64,000 nt of DNA. Source: Candidatus Levyibacteriota bacterium (lineage in GTDB: Bacteria > Patescibacteriota > Microgenomatia > Levybacterales > UBA12049). A program made the position numbers and the translations under genes. The notes below the pieces were generated by a model, which saw only the letters and a list, made by a program, of their open reading frames with translations, had not been told where the DNA came from and did not search any database. Below, piece after piece: positions 44,947 through 53,097 of the stretch. Every line of letters begins with the position of its first letter. The first letter of the stretch is position 1. The stretch spans positions 251,878 through 315,877 of the forward strand of contig CAVRKE010000002.1 in NCBI GenBank assembly GCA_963722305.1. The letters are read 5' to 3'.

Positions 44947-45036
44947 TGTGAAGATAAATTTAATATCTAAATATAATTTGTTTTTCTTCGAGTCGTAAAA
45001 ACTTTGGTTTACGACAAAATTCTTGACAAAAGTAAT

Positions 45037-45065
45037 AGTTCCTAGTACACTAGGAACTAGGAACT
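45037..45065 (+). promoter_or_regulatory. Perfect palindromic operator overlapping the -10 of the wHTH-PRTase gene promoter
   Basis: AGTTCCTAG-TACA-CTAGGAACT at 45037-45058, with an extra AGGAACT half-site at 45059-45065. The promoter is TTGACA (45023-45028), 17 nt, then TACACT. Confidence 0.55.
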
Positions 45066-45066
45066 T

Positions 45067-46041
45067 ATGACACGAACCTCAGATAAAATAATCGAATATA
45101 TTTCAAAAGCTAATCACGCTAGTGGCAAAGAGATCACAAACTATCTTGGGAATATTACCGACAGAGCAGTAAGAAAACAATTAAGATCTCTTTTACAAAA
45201 AGGTATTCTAACAAAGGTCGGAAAACCTCCCAAAGTTTATTACCAAATTAACAATAAGGTGACAGAAAAAAATATCCCTATCGACCAAAAAATCAAAGAT
45301 TTTATTGATAAGCATTACTTATATATCTCGCCAGCGGGAGAATCGCTTGAAGGTTGGAAGGGATTTGTAGCGTGGTGCAATAAAACAAACCAGGATCCTC
45401 TCAAAACAGTAAGGGATTATCAGGTCACATTAAATAAATTTAATAAGTACAAAAAAAATGGGTTAATTGACGGAATGCCAAAAATGAGAAATACCTTTAA
45501 AAAAGTATTTTTAGACAAATTATTTTATCTTGATTTCTATAGTATCGAAAGATTCGGTAAAACAAAACTTGGCCAAATGCTTTTATATGCAAAACAAAGT
45601 CAGAATAGAATTCTAATATCAAGATTGATAGATAACATTAAACCAGACATTTTAAAAATTATTTCGAAATATAAAATAGACGGTGTCATTTACATTCCCC
45701 CAACAGTGAAACGTGAGGTTCAGTTAATGAAAGAGTTAGAAAATAATTTAAGTTTACCGTTAAGAACGTTGGGGGTAACCAAAATAAAAACAGAGATAAT
45801 TGTTCCCCAAAAAACTCTTTCAAAGCTTGAAGACAGGATTGAGAACGCAAGGAAAACAATTATCGTAAATGAACATAACAAGTATAAAAACGTTCTTCTA
45901 ATTGATGACGCTGTGGGATCGGGAGCAACAATGAATGAAACGGCAAAGCAAATAAAGAACAAGGGGCTGGTGTCCGGACAAATACTTGGATTGGCTGTTA
46001 CAGGTAGCTTTAAAGGGTTCGACATTATTAGTGAGGTTTAA
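45067..46041 (+). CDS. Winged-HTH + ComF-like phosphoribosyltransferase (PRTase) domain protein
   Basis: 324 aa. N-terminal wHTH (…GKEITNYLGNITDRAVRKQLRSLLQKGIL…). C-terminal type I PRTase with PRPP motif …VLLIDDAVGSGATMNE…. Confidence 0.6.
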   Translation: MTRTSDKIIEYISKANHASGKEITNYLGNITDRAVRKQLRSLLQKGILTKVGKPPKVYYQINNKVTEKNIPIDQKIKDFIDKHYLYISPAGESLEGWKGFVAWCNKTNQDPLKTVRDYQVTLNKFNKYKKNGLIDGMPKMRNTFKKVFLDKLFYLDFYSIERFGKTKLGQMLLYAKQSQNRILISRLIDNIKPDILKIISKYKIDGVIYIPPTVKREVQLMKELENNLSLPLRTLGVTKIKTEIIVPQKTLSKLEDRIENARKTIIVNEHNKYKNVLLIDDAVGSGATMNETAKQIKNKGLVSGQILGLAVTGSFKGFDIISEV

Positions 46042-46175
46042 ATTTTTGAGACCTCTCCTTTCTAAATCATCTTTCATTTAAAAAGAACGTCTGTCGAATA
46101 GCTCCCAACTCTCCAATAACAATTAAATCCTTCATGTCGCAAAATCCTTGGGTTTGCGATGTAAATTTGAGGCTA

Positions 46176-46574
46176 TTATAGTCGATTGGTAGTCGCATGT
46201 CTTTTTAGCCACTTGGAAATCTCTTCGATCGATAGATGTTGATTCTCGACTTTTAGGGGGAATGCAACAAACTCTTTCTGACTAGCTTCAAGTTCATACC
46301 CGTTCATAAACAAAAACCTTGCAGTTGAAACCATAGCAGTTCTCTTATTGCCGTCTACAAAAGCATGATTAAACATTAAGGAATGAAACAAAGCAGCGGC
46401 TTTGTCAAAAATAGTCTGATACAAATCTTCTCCCCCGAATGAAGATTGCGGTCTCGCAACTGCAGACTGGATAAGACCTATATCTCTTATCCCATGGCTG
46501 CCTCCGTATTTTTCCACCATCTTCTCATGAATTACCAGTATGATATCCAGAGTAAGATAAGAAGTGTTTCTCAC
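46176..46574 (-). CDS. doc: Doc (Fic-family) toxin
   Basis: 132 aa. Fic motif …HAFVDGNKRTA…. Confidence 0.85.
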   Translation of the reverse strand: MRNTSYLTLDIILVIHEKMVEKYGGSHGIRDIGLIQSAVARPQSSFGGEDLYQTIFDKAAALFHSLMFNHAFVDGNKRTAMVSTARFLFMNGYELEASQKEFVAFPLKVENQHLSIEEISKWLKRHATTNRL

Positions 46575-46822
46575 TTTTTTGCAAGTTCGCTCAGTGCGGA
46601 TTTGTATTTGCCGTTAAACTTTTCCAACCAATCCATGAACTCAGGAGTTATACCGCTGGCTTTTCCAACGGAAGATCCCAAGCGACCTACGACGAGAGCA
46701 TCAGCTTCCAGATCCTGCCTGACAACTACTTTCTGTCCCGCTTTCAGCTTCTTTTCTTTGACAAAATTTGCCGGAAGAGTGACTGCCAACGAATTACCGA
46801 CTTTTATAATTGTTTGTTCCAT
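46571..46822 (-). CDS. AbrB/MazE/SpoVT-type antitoxin (Phd-like partner of Doc)
   Basis: 83 aa. …MEQTIIKVGNSLAVTLP… swapped-hairpin beta-barrel motif. 4-nt overlap with doc. Tandem ATGTTATAACA x2 operator-like repeat upstream (46840-46863). Confidence 0.8.
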   Translation of the reverse strand: MEQTIIKVGNSLAVTLPANFVKEKKLKAGQKVVVRQDLEADALVVGRLGSSVGKASGITPEFMDWLEKFNGKYKSALSELAKK

Positions 46823-47019
46823 GTTATAACAATGTTATAACAAAATACACTATTTGTCAAGACGCCCTTAAGGAACTACTTAATCTGACGGGATAATTCA
46901 AGCACAATAGGTTTGTATCATTCCCCTAGAGAAAGGTATACTGAAAACGGAGAGCCAGCGAAAATAGGTTTCGGGATAGTATTTTTACTATGCCCACTGT
47001 TAGAGCAACTGGTCTTCCC

Positions 47020-48175
47020 GGTAAGTAGAAAGCGATCTATTCCTGGTTGTGCTTGAAGGCACACATAACCAACAAGCATATCGTAGTACTTCCTAAGGCA
47101 AGACTTTTAAGCTCTCCTTTTCTTTCTTCTCTTTCTCTTCTTTCTTTAAGGCTTAAAAGAAAAGGAGGTGATGAAAATGATAGTTGTAGGCGTAGATGTC
47201 TCAAAAGACACCCTTGTTGCTGTGGCAATTGATAAATCAATACGAATAAAGCATTCATTTACCGTTAAGAATAACAAGGAAAGTATCGATAAGTGGTTAA
47301 ATGCTCTTCCGTACAAAAAGATGCTGCTCTCTTGTGAGGCAACTGCCGAATACCACAGGGTACTTGCACTTTTGGCTCTTTCTTCTAAAATACCATTGAG
47401 GTTATTAAATCCCATTGTGACTAAGCAATATACCAAAGCAACTGTTCGAAAGAGAAAAACTGACCCTCAAGACGCATTAACCATTGCTAAGCTGGCTCTT
47501 GCCGGAGAAGGAAGGCTGATAAGTACCCAAACTTTTCACATTGCCAAAACCCATGAGAGAACCGCCATAAAGCTAACACACATGAAACAGCGTCTTTTAC
47601 TAATACAACAGCACGTACAAGAGGTAGATCCGGATGATACAGCTTCTTTTGAGGAGTTGCAGGTCTGTATTGATACCATAGAACAGTCAATCAAAGCATT
47701 TAGGAAGAAAGCAGAAGAAGAGGTTGATTCAAAACTTGTTAAACTGCTTTGCTCTATACCGGGAGTGGGAGAAACAATAGCAACGGTACTTCTTGCGGAA
47801 ATCGGAGATATTAATCAGTTCAAATCAGATAAAGCCCTCGTTGCTTATGCGGGATTGGATCCAAAGGTCAAACAATCAGGAGGAAGATTACACCATAATA
47901 CCCATTTAACTAAAAGAGGCTCTCCTTACCTTAGACAGATGCTCTATACAGGAGCTTCTATTGCACAACGGCATGATAAGGAACTTAAGGCGTATTACGA
48001 GAAGAAGAGAGCTGAGGGAAAGAGGTACAAAGAAGCAACCATTGCGGTATCAAGAAAACTGCTCAATAGAGTATATGCAGTTTTAAAAAGGCAGACACCT
48101 TATATACCTGGATGAGATACATCGGTAACACTTTGAGACCAGGGGTCTTGACAAAAGATTCCTGGTCTCTAACGT
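47020..48175 (+). mobile_element. IS110-family element, copy 1 (approximate ends)
   Basis: Contains the transposase 47168..48115. Its ends were inferred by alignment with copy 2: left about ...AAGCGATCTATTCCTGGTTG..., right ...GGGGTCTTGACAAAAGATTCCTGGTCTCT. A CT-rich leader and AGGAGGTGA RBS precede the transposase gene. Confidence 0.55.
47168..48115 (+). CDS. IS110-family transposase (DEDD N-terminal domain + C-terminal HhH domain)
   Basis: 315 aa. N-terminal …VGVDVSKDTL… and C-terminal …SIPGVGETIATVLLAEIGDINQF… typical of the IS110 family. Confidence 0.85.
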   Translation: MMKMIVVGVDVSKDTLVAVAIDKSIRIKHSFTVKNNKESIDKWLNALPYKKMLLSCEATAEYHRVLALLALSSKIPLRLLNPIVTKQYTKATVRKRKTDPQDALTIAKLALAGEGRLISTQTFHIAKTHERTAIKLTHMKQRLLLIQQHVQEVDPDDTASFEELQVCIDTIEQSIKAFRKKAEEEVDSKLVKLLCSIPGVGETIATVLLAEIGDINQFKSDKALVAYAGLDPKVKQSGGRLHHNTHLTKRGSPYLRQMLYTGASIAQRHDKELKAYYEKKRAEGKRYKEATIAVSRKLLNRVYAVLKRQTPYIPG

Positions 48176-48280
48176 CTTCTCCATGAACACGCTGTTCAGG
48201 ATTTCGCTGAAGCTCAACATCAGGGGGGAGCTGCTTAGCCTCAAAATTGACTTCCTCTTAAATTATGAGATGATTTATTT

Positions 48281-49732
48281 ATGGACCCAAATATACCTTC
48301 TCAAGAAGTCCCACAACCTATTATTCAACCCCAACTTCAATCAATTCAAACTCCACCACAAACCGTTCAAAATAAACCATCTTTCAAATGGGCAATTATA
48401 ATTGTATTTTCTTTAATTTTTATATTTATAATTTCAACTGGTATTTTTTTGTTTGCAAAGAATATTCCCTCAAAACATGCAACTCAAATAGTAACGGAAA
48501 ACACTCCAAATATTACTACTATGCCAAATCAAGTCACTGGTTCAACGACAATACTTCAAAGAGTAAACGCTCAAAGAACAAATGTTTATACTGATAATTT
48601 TGTCCTATCAGACTCTATAATCAATCAGGTAATTAAGCAGGCTCAAGATCTTTCTATCATTCACAATATGGACCATCATATTGTAGGCAATGCTGTTTTT
48701 GCAGACGGACAATTAGTGTTTGCGGATATAAATAGTGGGATTTTTTCTGTAAATAGCGCTACAGGAAAAGTAAACTGGCAAAAGCAATTCTCTTCTACCA
48801 ATAACTACTCCCCGCCAAGCGTTGCTGACGGTGCGGTTTTCGCTGGAGAGGATGGTGGGATCTTACATGCTTTTAAGGAAACGACAGGCGAAGAGTTGTG
48901 GAAATTTGTGACAAGACAAATTCAGGAAACTAATGGGCTTGGAGGGTTTATTACCGTTAATGCTCGGATAAACTCGTCGCCTCTAGTAGCAAATAATAAA
49001 GTATATTTTGCTGCGGAGGATAATTATTTATATGCTCTAGATGAAAAGACAGGCAAAAAGATATGGGATTTTACTGACAATACCGAGCTTTTTAACATTT
49101 CCTTCTACAAAAATATAATTTATACTCATGATTTTGCAAAGAATATTTACGCACTTGATGCTGACACAGGAAAATTAATTTGGAAGACAACAGGCGAATC
49201 AATCTCAGATAATATTAATTTTAGTTCGTATCTCGTTATTGCCAATGATAAAGTTTACTATGTCGTTCAGGATAATAGTTTAATCGCACGTGATGCATCT
49301 ACAGGTAAATTCTTATGGGAAGTTAATTTAAGCACTGATGTAAATGCAAATATTTCAGACCCTTCAGTAACCAGCAATTATGCGTATTTGACAGATAGGC
49401 TTGGCAATCTATATATCGTTGATGCTACTACCGGAGTAAAAATAACAAGTAAAAATATTGGGCAATATAATTTATCGGCACCAACAGTTTCGGGTAACAA
49501 TATTTATTTTTCATCAAGCGAATATTTTGAAGCTCCCAACAGTAATTGTTCTTATTACTACCTCTATCTAGCAGATGGGTTGAATGGTTCAATTAAAAAA
49601 CAAGTAAAATTAGATACCGGAGATAAAATAAAGTATTCTTGTCAATTTGAGCACGCACCAATCGTTGGACAAGATAGTATTTATTTAGTTACAAATAATC
49701 AAAATATTTATTCTGTAAAAAATAGGTTCTAG
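48281..49732 (+). CDS. Membrane-anchored PQQ-like beta-propeller repeat protein (BamB/YfgL-like fold)
   Basis: 483 aa. N-terminal TM helix, then repeated …G.LYALDA.TGK..W… blades. Flanked by the two IS110 copies. Confidence 0.7.
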   Translation: MDPNIPSQEVPQPIIQPQLQSIQTPPQTVQNKPSFKWAIIIVFSLIFIFIISTGIFLFAKNIPSKHATQIVTENTPNITTMPNQVTGSTTILQRVNAQRTNVYTDNFVLSDSIINQVIKQAQDLSIIHNMDHHIVGNAVFADGQLVFADINSGIFSVNSATGKVNWQKQFSSTNNYSPPSVADGAVFAGEDGGILHAFKETTGEELWKFVTRQIQETNGLGGFITVNARINSSPLVANNKVYFAAEDNYLYALDEKTGKKIWDFTDNTELFNISFYKNIIYTHDFAKNIYALDADTGKLIWKTTGESISDNINFSSYLVIANDKVYYVVQDNSLIARDASTGKFLWEVNLSTDVNANISDPSVTSNYAYLTDRLGNLYIVDATTGVKITSKNIGQYNLSAPTVSGNNIYFSSSEYFEAPNSNCSYYYLYLADGLNGSIKKQVKLDTGDKIKYSCQFEHAPIVGQDSIYLVTNNQNIYSVKNRF

Positions 49733-49734
49733 AC

Positions 49735-50885
49735 CTGGAATCTTTTGTCAAGACCCCAGGCCCGAAACTCATATTGCTTTGACAACGTAGGGCGTTTGTC
49801 TTTTCCACACAGCGTAAGTACGATAGAGTAGTTTTCTTGCAACAGCAACAGTTGCTTCTTTGTAAAACTTACCTTCGCCTCTTTTCTTCTCGTAATATGT
49901 TTTAAGTTCCATATCATATCGCTGTGCAATACTGGCTGCAAGAAAAACTGTTCGTCGTAAATACGGTGACCCCCTTTTAGTCAGATGAGTATTATGATGG
50001 AGTCCAATGCCACTTTGTTTTACCCTGGGATCAAGACCACAAAAGGCAATTAAACAATCTCCACTGGGAAATCTGGTGATATCCCCAATTTCCGCAATTA
50101 ATGTAGTTGCAATAGTTGTTCCGACACCGGGAATACTCATTAACAGCGTGTGTAACTTTGCATCAACAGTTTTTTCCGCAAAACTCTTGAATACTTTTTG
50201 TGATTTTTGCAACTGCTGTTGACAGAGTTCTAACTGTTTTACCAATGATTCATCCATAGCAATCAACTGTAATTGTTGCTGCATTAGAATAAGCATCTGT
50301 TCCATTTGGTTAAGTTTTACTGCGGTACGTACAGCCGGTTTGCCTTGAGTAAACATGGTTTTTGTAAGTAATGTTCCTTCTCCTTGCCCAACAAGTTTTG
50401 CAACAACAAAGGCATCAGATAAATCAGTTTTTCTTTTTCTAACTGTTGCCCTAGTGAATTGTTTTGTCACTATTGGATTAAGTAAGCGAAAAGTTATCCC
50501 TCTATCCAAACAGGCAAAAGCAAGTATCTGATGATAATATCCGGTTGCTTCGGAACCAATAACTATTCTTTTCCATTTCCCGGTAACTCTTTCCAAGAAT
50601 TGTTCGATTGCGCCTTTGGTATTTTCTATGAAGAATTGTTCTTTGACACGAGATGACCGATCGATCCTAACGCCAACAAGACTATCTTTGGCCACATCGA
50701 TACCAATAACTTGCATAATTTTTCACCTCCTTCCTTTGCTCTTAATTAAAGAAGGAAGAGAAAGAGAAGGAAGAAATGGAGTTTGCCAAAAAGGTCTCCC
50801 GGTGATAATATATCGGTAGGCTTGTTTGTGATCAGCGGCTAAAACCCGCAACCTGGAATCGATCGCTTACATTATCGGGGAGACC
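49735..50885 (-). mobile_element. IS110-family element, copy 2 (inverted relative to copy 1; approximate ends)
   Basis: Contains the transposase 49769..50716. The right end ...GGGGTCTTGACAAAAGATTCCAGGTCTAG abuts the stop of the propeller gene. The left end aligns with copy 1 at about 50860-50885. Confidence 0.55.
49769..50716 (-). CDS. IS110-family transposase (about 55% identical paralog of 47168..48115)
   Basis: 315 aa with the same motif layout (…IGIDVAKDSL…, …SIPGVGTTIATTLIAEIGDITRF…). Confidence 0.85.
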   Translation of the reverse strand: MQVIGIDVAKDSLVGVRIDRSSRVKEQFFIENTKGAIEQFLERVTGKWKRIVIGSEATGYYHQILAFACLDRGITFRLLNPIVTKQFTRATVRKRKTDLSDAFVVAKLVGQGEGTLLTKTMFTQGKPAVRTAVKLNQMEQMLILMQQQLQLIAMDESLVKQLELCQQQLQKSQKVFKSFAEKTVDAKLHTLLMSIPGVGTTIATTLIAEIGDITRFPSGDCLIAFCGLDPRVKQSGIGLHHNTHLTKRGSPYLRRTVFLAASIAQRYDMELKTYYEKKRGEGKFYKEATVAVARKLLYRTYAVWKRQTPYVVKAI

Positions 50886-51167
50886 AGATGCTAGAACGGT
50901 GAGCACTTTCTCAAGAAGTCTCAAACGTCGTCACGCTGGCTCTCCGATTTCTATTCTAATCCTTCCTTAAGGTAATGATACAAACGTCGTCTCCATGCGC
51001 AAAGCTTAGGCCATGGCTCTGGGAGCCCAGGCTCAAAGAGATTTCGCTGATGCTTAACATCAGGGGGAGTTAATTAGCCTTAAGATTGACAAAAACACGT
51101 GAGTTTTGATTAATTATCCGATATTAGCCTTTCACAATTCCTAATTACACTAAAGTAGAAACCTAAA

Positions 51168-51359
51168 TTAAAATAAATCAGGAGTTATACCGCTGGCTTT
51201 TCCAACGGAAGATCCCAAGCGACCTACGACGAGAGCATCAGCTTCCAGATCCTGCCTGACAACTACTTTCTGTCCCGCTTTCAGCTTCTTTTCTTTGACA
51301 AAATTTGCCGGAAGAGTGACTGCCAACGAATTACCGACTTTTATAATTGTTTGTTCCAT
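51168..51359 (-). pseudogene. Truncated duplicate of the AbrB-type antitoxin gene (first about 60 codons identical to 46571..46822) with its promoter/operator, lacking the doc partner
   Basis: 51176-51403 is nearly identical to 46636-46866 (about 230 bp). The ORF diverges and stops after …GITPDLF. Confidence 0.6.
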
Positions 51360-51480
51360 GTTATAACAATGTTATAACAAACTACACTATTTGTCAAGAC
51401 GGTTCATAGTCGCACAATCTATGTTTGCGAAAAATTAGATGTAAATTAATTTTGGGATTCTAGTACTTTGGGGAAGGAAG

Positions 51481-51711
51481 TTAATATCCCAAAATCGATT
51501 TTCTATTGTCAGAAATCTTATTGTCAGGCCAGGTTTTAAAATGTCCCGAAACCGGAGTGCCGTCTTTTCGAGAATAACCGTTTTGATATCTAATCATTCC
51601 GCCGTGAGTATAATGCCTGCGGGCATTTGATTGATGATTGATTCCTTCGGCTTTGCTCAGGATTTCGCGATGCTCAAGATTTATGACTGATGATTTATGA
51701 ACTTGGACCAT
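51481..51711 (-). CDS. Hypothetical small protein
   Basis: 76 aa; ORF only, no supporting signals. Confidence 0.25.
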   Translation of the reverse strand: MVQVHKSSVINLEHREILSKAEGINHQSNARRHYTHGGMIRYQNGYSRKDGTPVSGHFKTWPDNKISDNRKSILGY

Positions 51712-51762
51712 CTTACGAGGTGAATATACTACTTTAACAATCTAAATTCAAATTTTTGAAGA

Positions 51763-53076
51763 CTACCTGATAAATGTTAGTGCCATTCCTATAGAAGCCA
51801 GTCCCATCCCTAAAAAAGTTGCCCAGACCAAAATGTTGGAAAGCATTCCGCTTTTATACTCCCCCATGATATTTTTGTTGCGGGCAATCAGGGCAATAAT
51901 AAAAATAAGCGGTACCGCCACTACTCCATTAATCACCGCGGCAAACACCAAGGCCTTTATCGGGTCAATTCCGATAAAATTAATAATTAAACCGATTAAA
52001 GTGGCAATGGTAATCACTCCATAAAAGCCGTGCGCCTTTTTTAACTTTTGGTTTAAGCCTTCGCGCAAATTAAACGCCTCGGCAAACGCATAAGCGGCCG
52101 AACCGGCCAAAATGGGGATGGATAAAAAACCCAAACCCAAAATGCCAACGGCAAAAATTACTTTGGCAATGTAACCGGCATTGGGGAAAGTGCTCACCAG
52201 TGGCTCTAAAGCTTTGGCGGCATCGGCGGCGGTTCGGATATTAGTAATGCCATGGGCATTAAGAACTGTGGCCGTGACAACGATGATGGCCCAGGTCCCG
52301 ACTTCCGAAAAAGCCATTCCGACCAGGTTATCGATACGTAAGTTTTTAATAAACACCTTACCGATATGTGGTTTTTGCTTGCCTTTGAGCAAATGTTCCA
52401 TCCGTTCTTCCTCGGTTTCTTCCGACGCCTGCCAGAAAAACATGTAAGGCGAAATCGTTGTCCCTAAAACTCCGGTGATAATGAATAAAAATTGGAAGTT
52501 TAACTCAAGGTGCGGAATCAGTGTCGCTTTTAGCAGTGTCAACCAGGGCTGCGTGACAATAAAAACGGTAATCGGGTAAGCAAACAAAGAAATGCACAGC
52601 CACTTAAGAATTTTGGAATAGACTTTATAGGAAGTAAAGATTTCCAATAAAAGAATTGAAACGGTGAATAAAATTGTGAGGATGACAAAATTAAGCGGGA
52701 TGATAAGGTGCGCCGCCGACGCCATCGCCCCGATGTCCGCTCCGATATTTATGGTGTTGGCGATTAGCACCAGCAAAACGACAATGTATAAAACTTGCTT
52801 GCTGTAATGAGTATTAACGACAGCCGCAATCCCCTTGCCGGTCACCGCCCCGATTCTGGCGCAGGCTTCCTGGACTGCCGCCTGGAAAGGAAACATGAAA
52901 AGTGCCGTCCACAACTGTTTGTAGCCAAACTGGGCGCCGGTTTGCGAATAAGTGGCAATGCCCGAAGGGTCGTCATCGGCCGCACCGGTAATCACGCCCG
53001 GCCCCAACAGATGAAAAAACTTTTTGAGTCTTTTGAGCATTATACTGATTGTTCCATGATTTGCAATTCTTTTCAA
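51763..53076 (-). CDS. mntH: NRAMP-family divalent metal (Mn2+/Fe2+) transporter. Probable start at MLKRLKK, about 53037.
   Basis: 437 aa. NRAMP signature …GPGVITGAADDDPSGIATYSQTGAQFGYKQLW… and 11 predicted TM helices. Confidence 0.8.
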   Translation of the reverse strand: MKRIANHGTISIMLKRLKKFFHLLGPGVITGAADDDPSGIATYSQTGAQFGYKQLWTALFMFPFQAAVQEACARIGAVTGKGIAAVVNTHYSKQVLYIVVLLVLIANTINIGADIGAMASAAHLIIPLNFVILTILFTVSILLLEIFTSYKVYSKILKWLCISLFAYPITVFIVTQPWLTLLKATLIPHLELNFQFLFIITGVLGTTISPYMFFWQASEETEEERMEHLLKGKQKPHIGKVFIKNLRIDNLVGMAFSEVGTWAIIVVTATVLNAHGITNIRTAADAAKALEPLVSTFPNAGYIAKVIFAVGILGLGFLSIPILAGSAAYAFAEAFNLREGLNQKLKKAHGFYGVITIATLIGLIINFIGIDPIKALVFAAVINGVVAVPLIFIIALIARNKNIMGEYKSGMLSNILVWATFLGMGLASIGMALTFIR

Positions 53077-53097
53077 TGACCTGTATAAAGTTAATTA

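Noticed and set aside
47000-50900. Target-site duplications for the IS110 copies
   Set aside because: The IS110 family typically lacks inverted repeats and target-site duplications. The ends were only approximated by copy-to-copy alignment, and no reliable duplication could be called.
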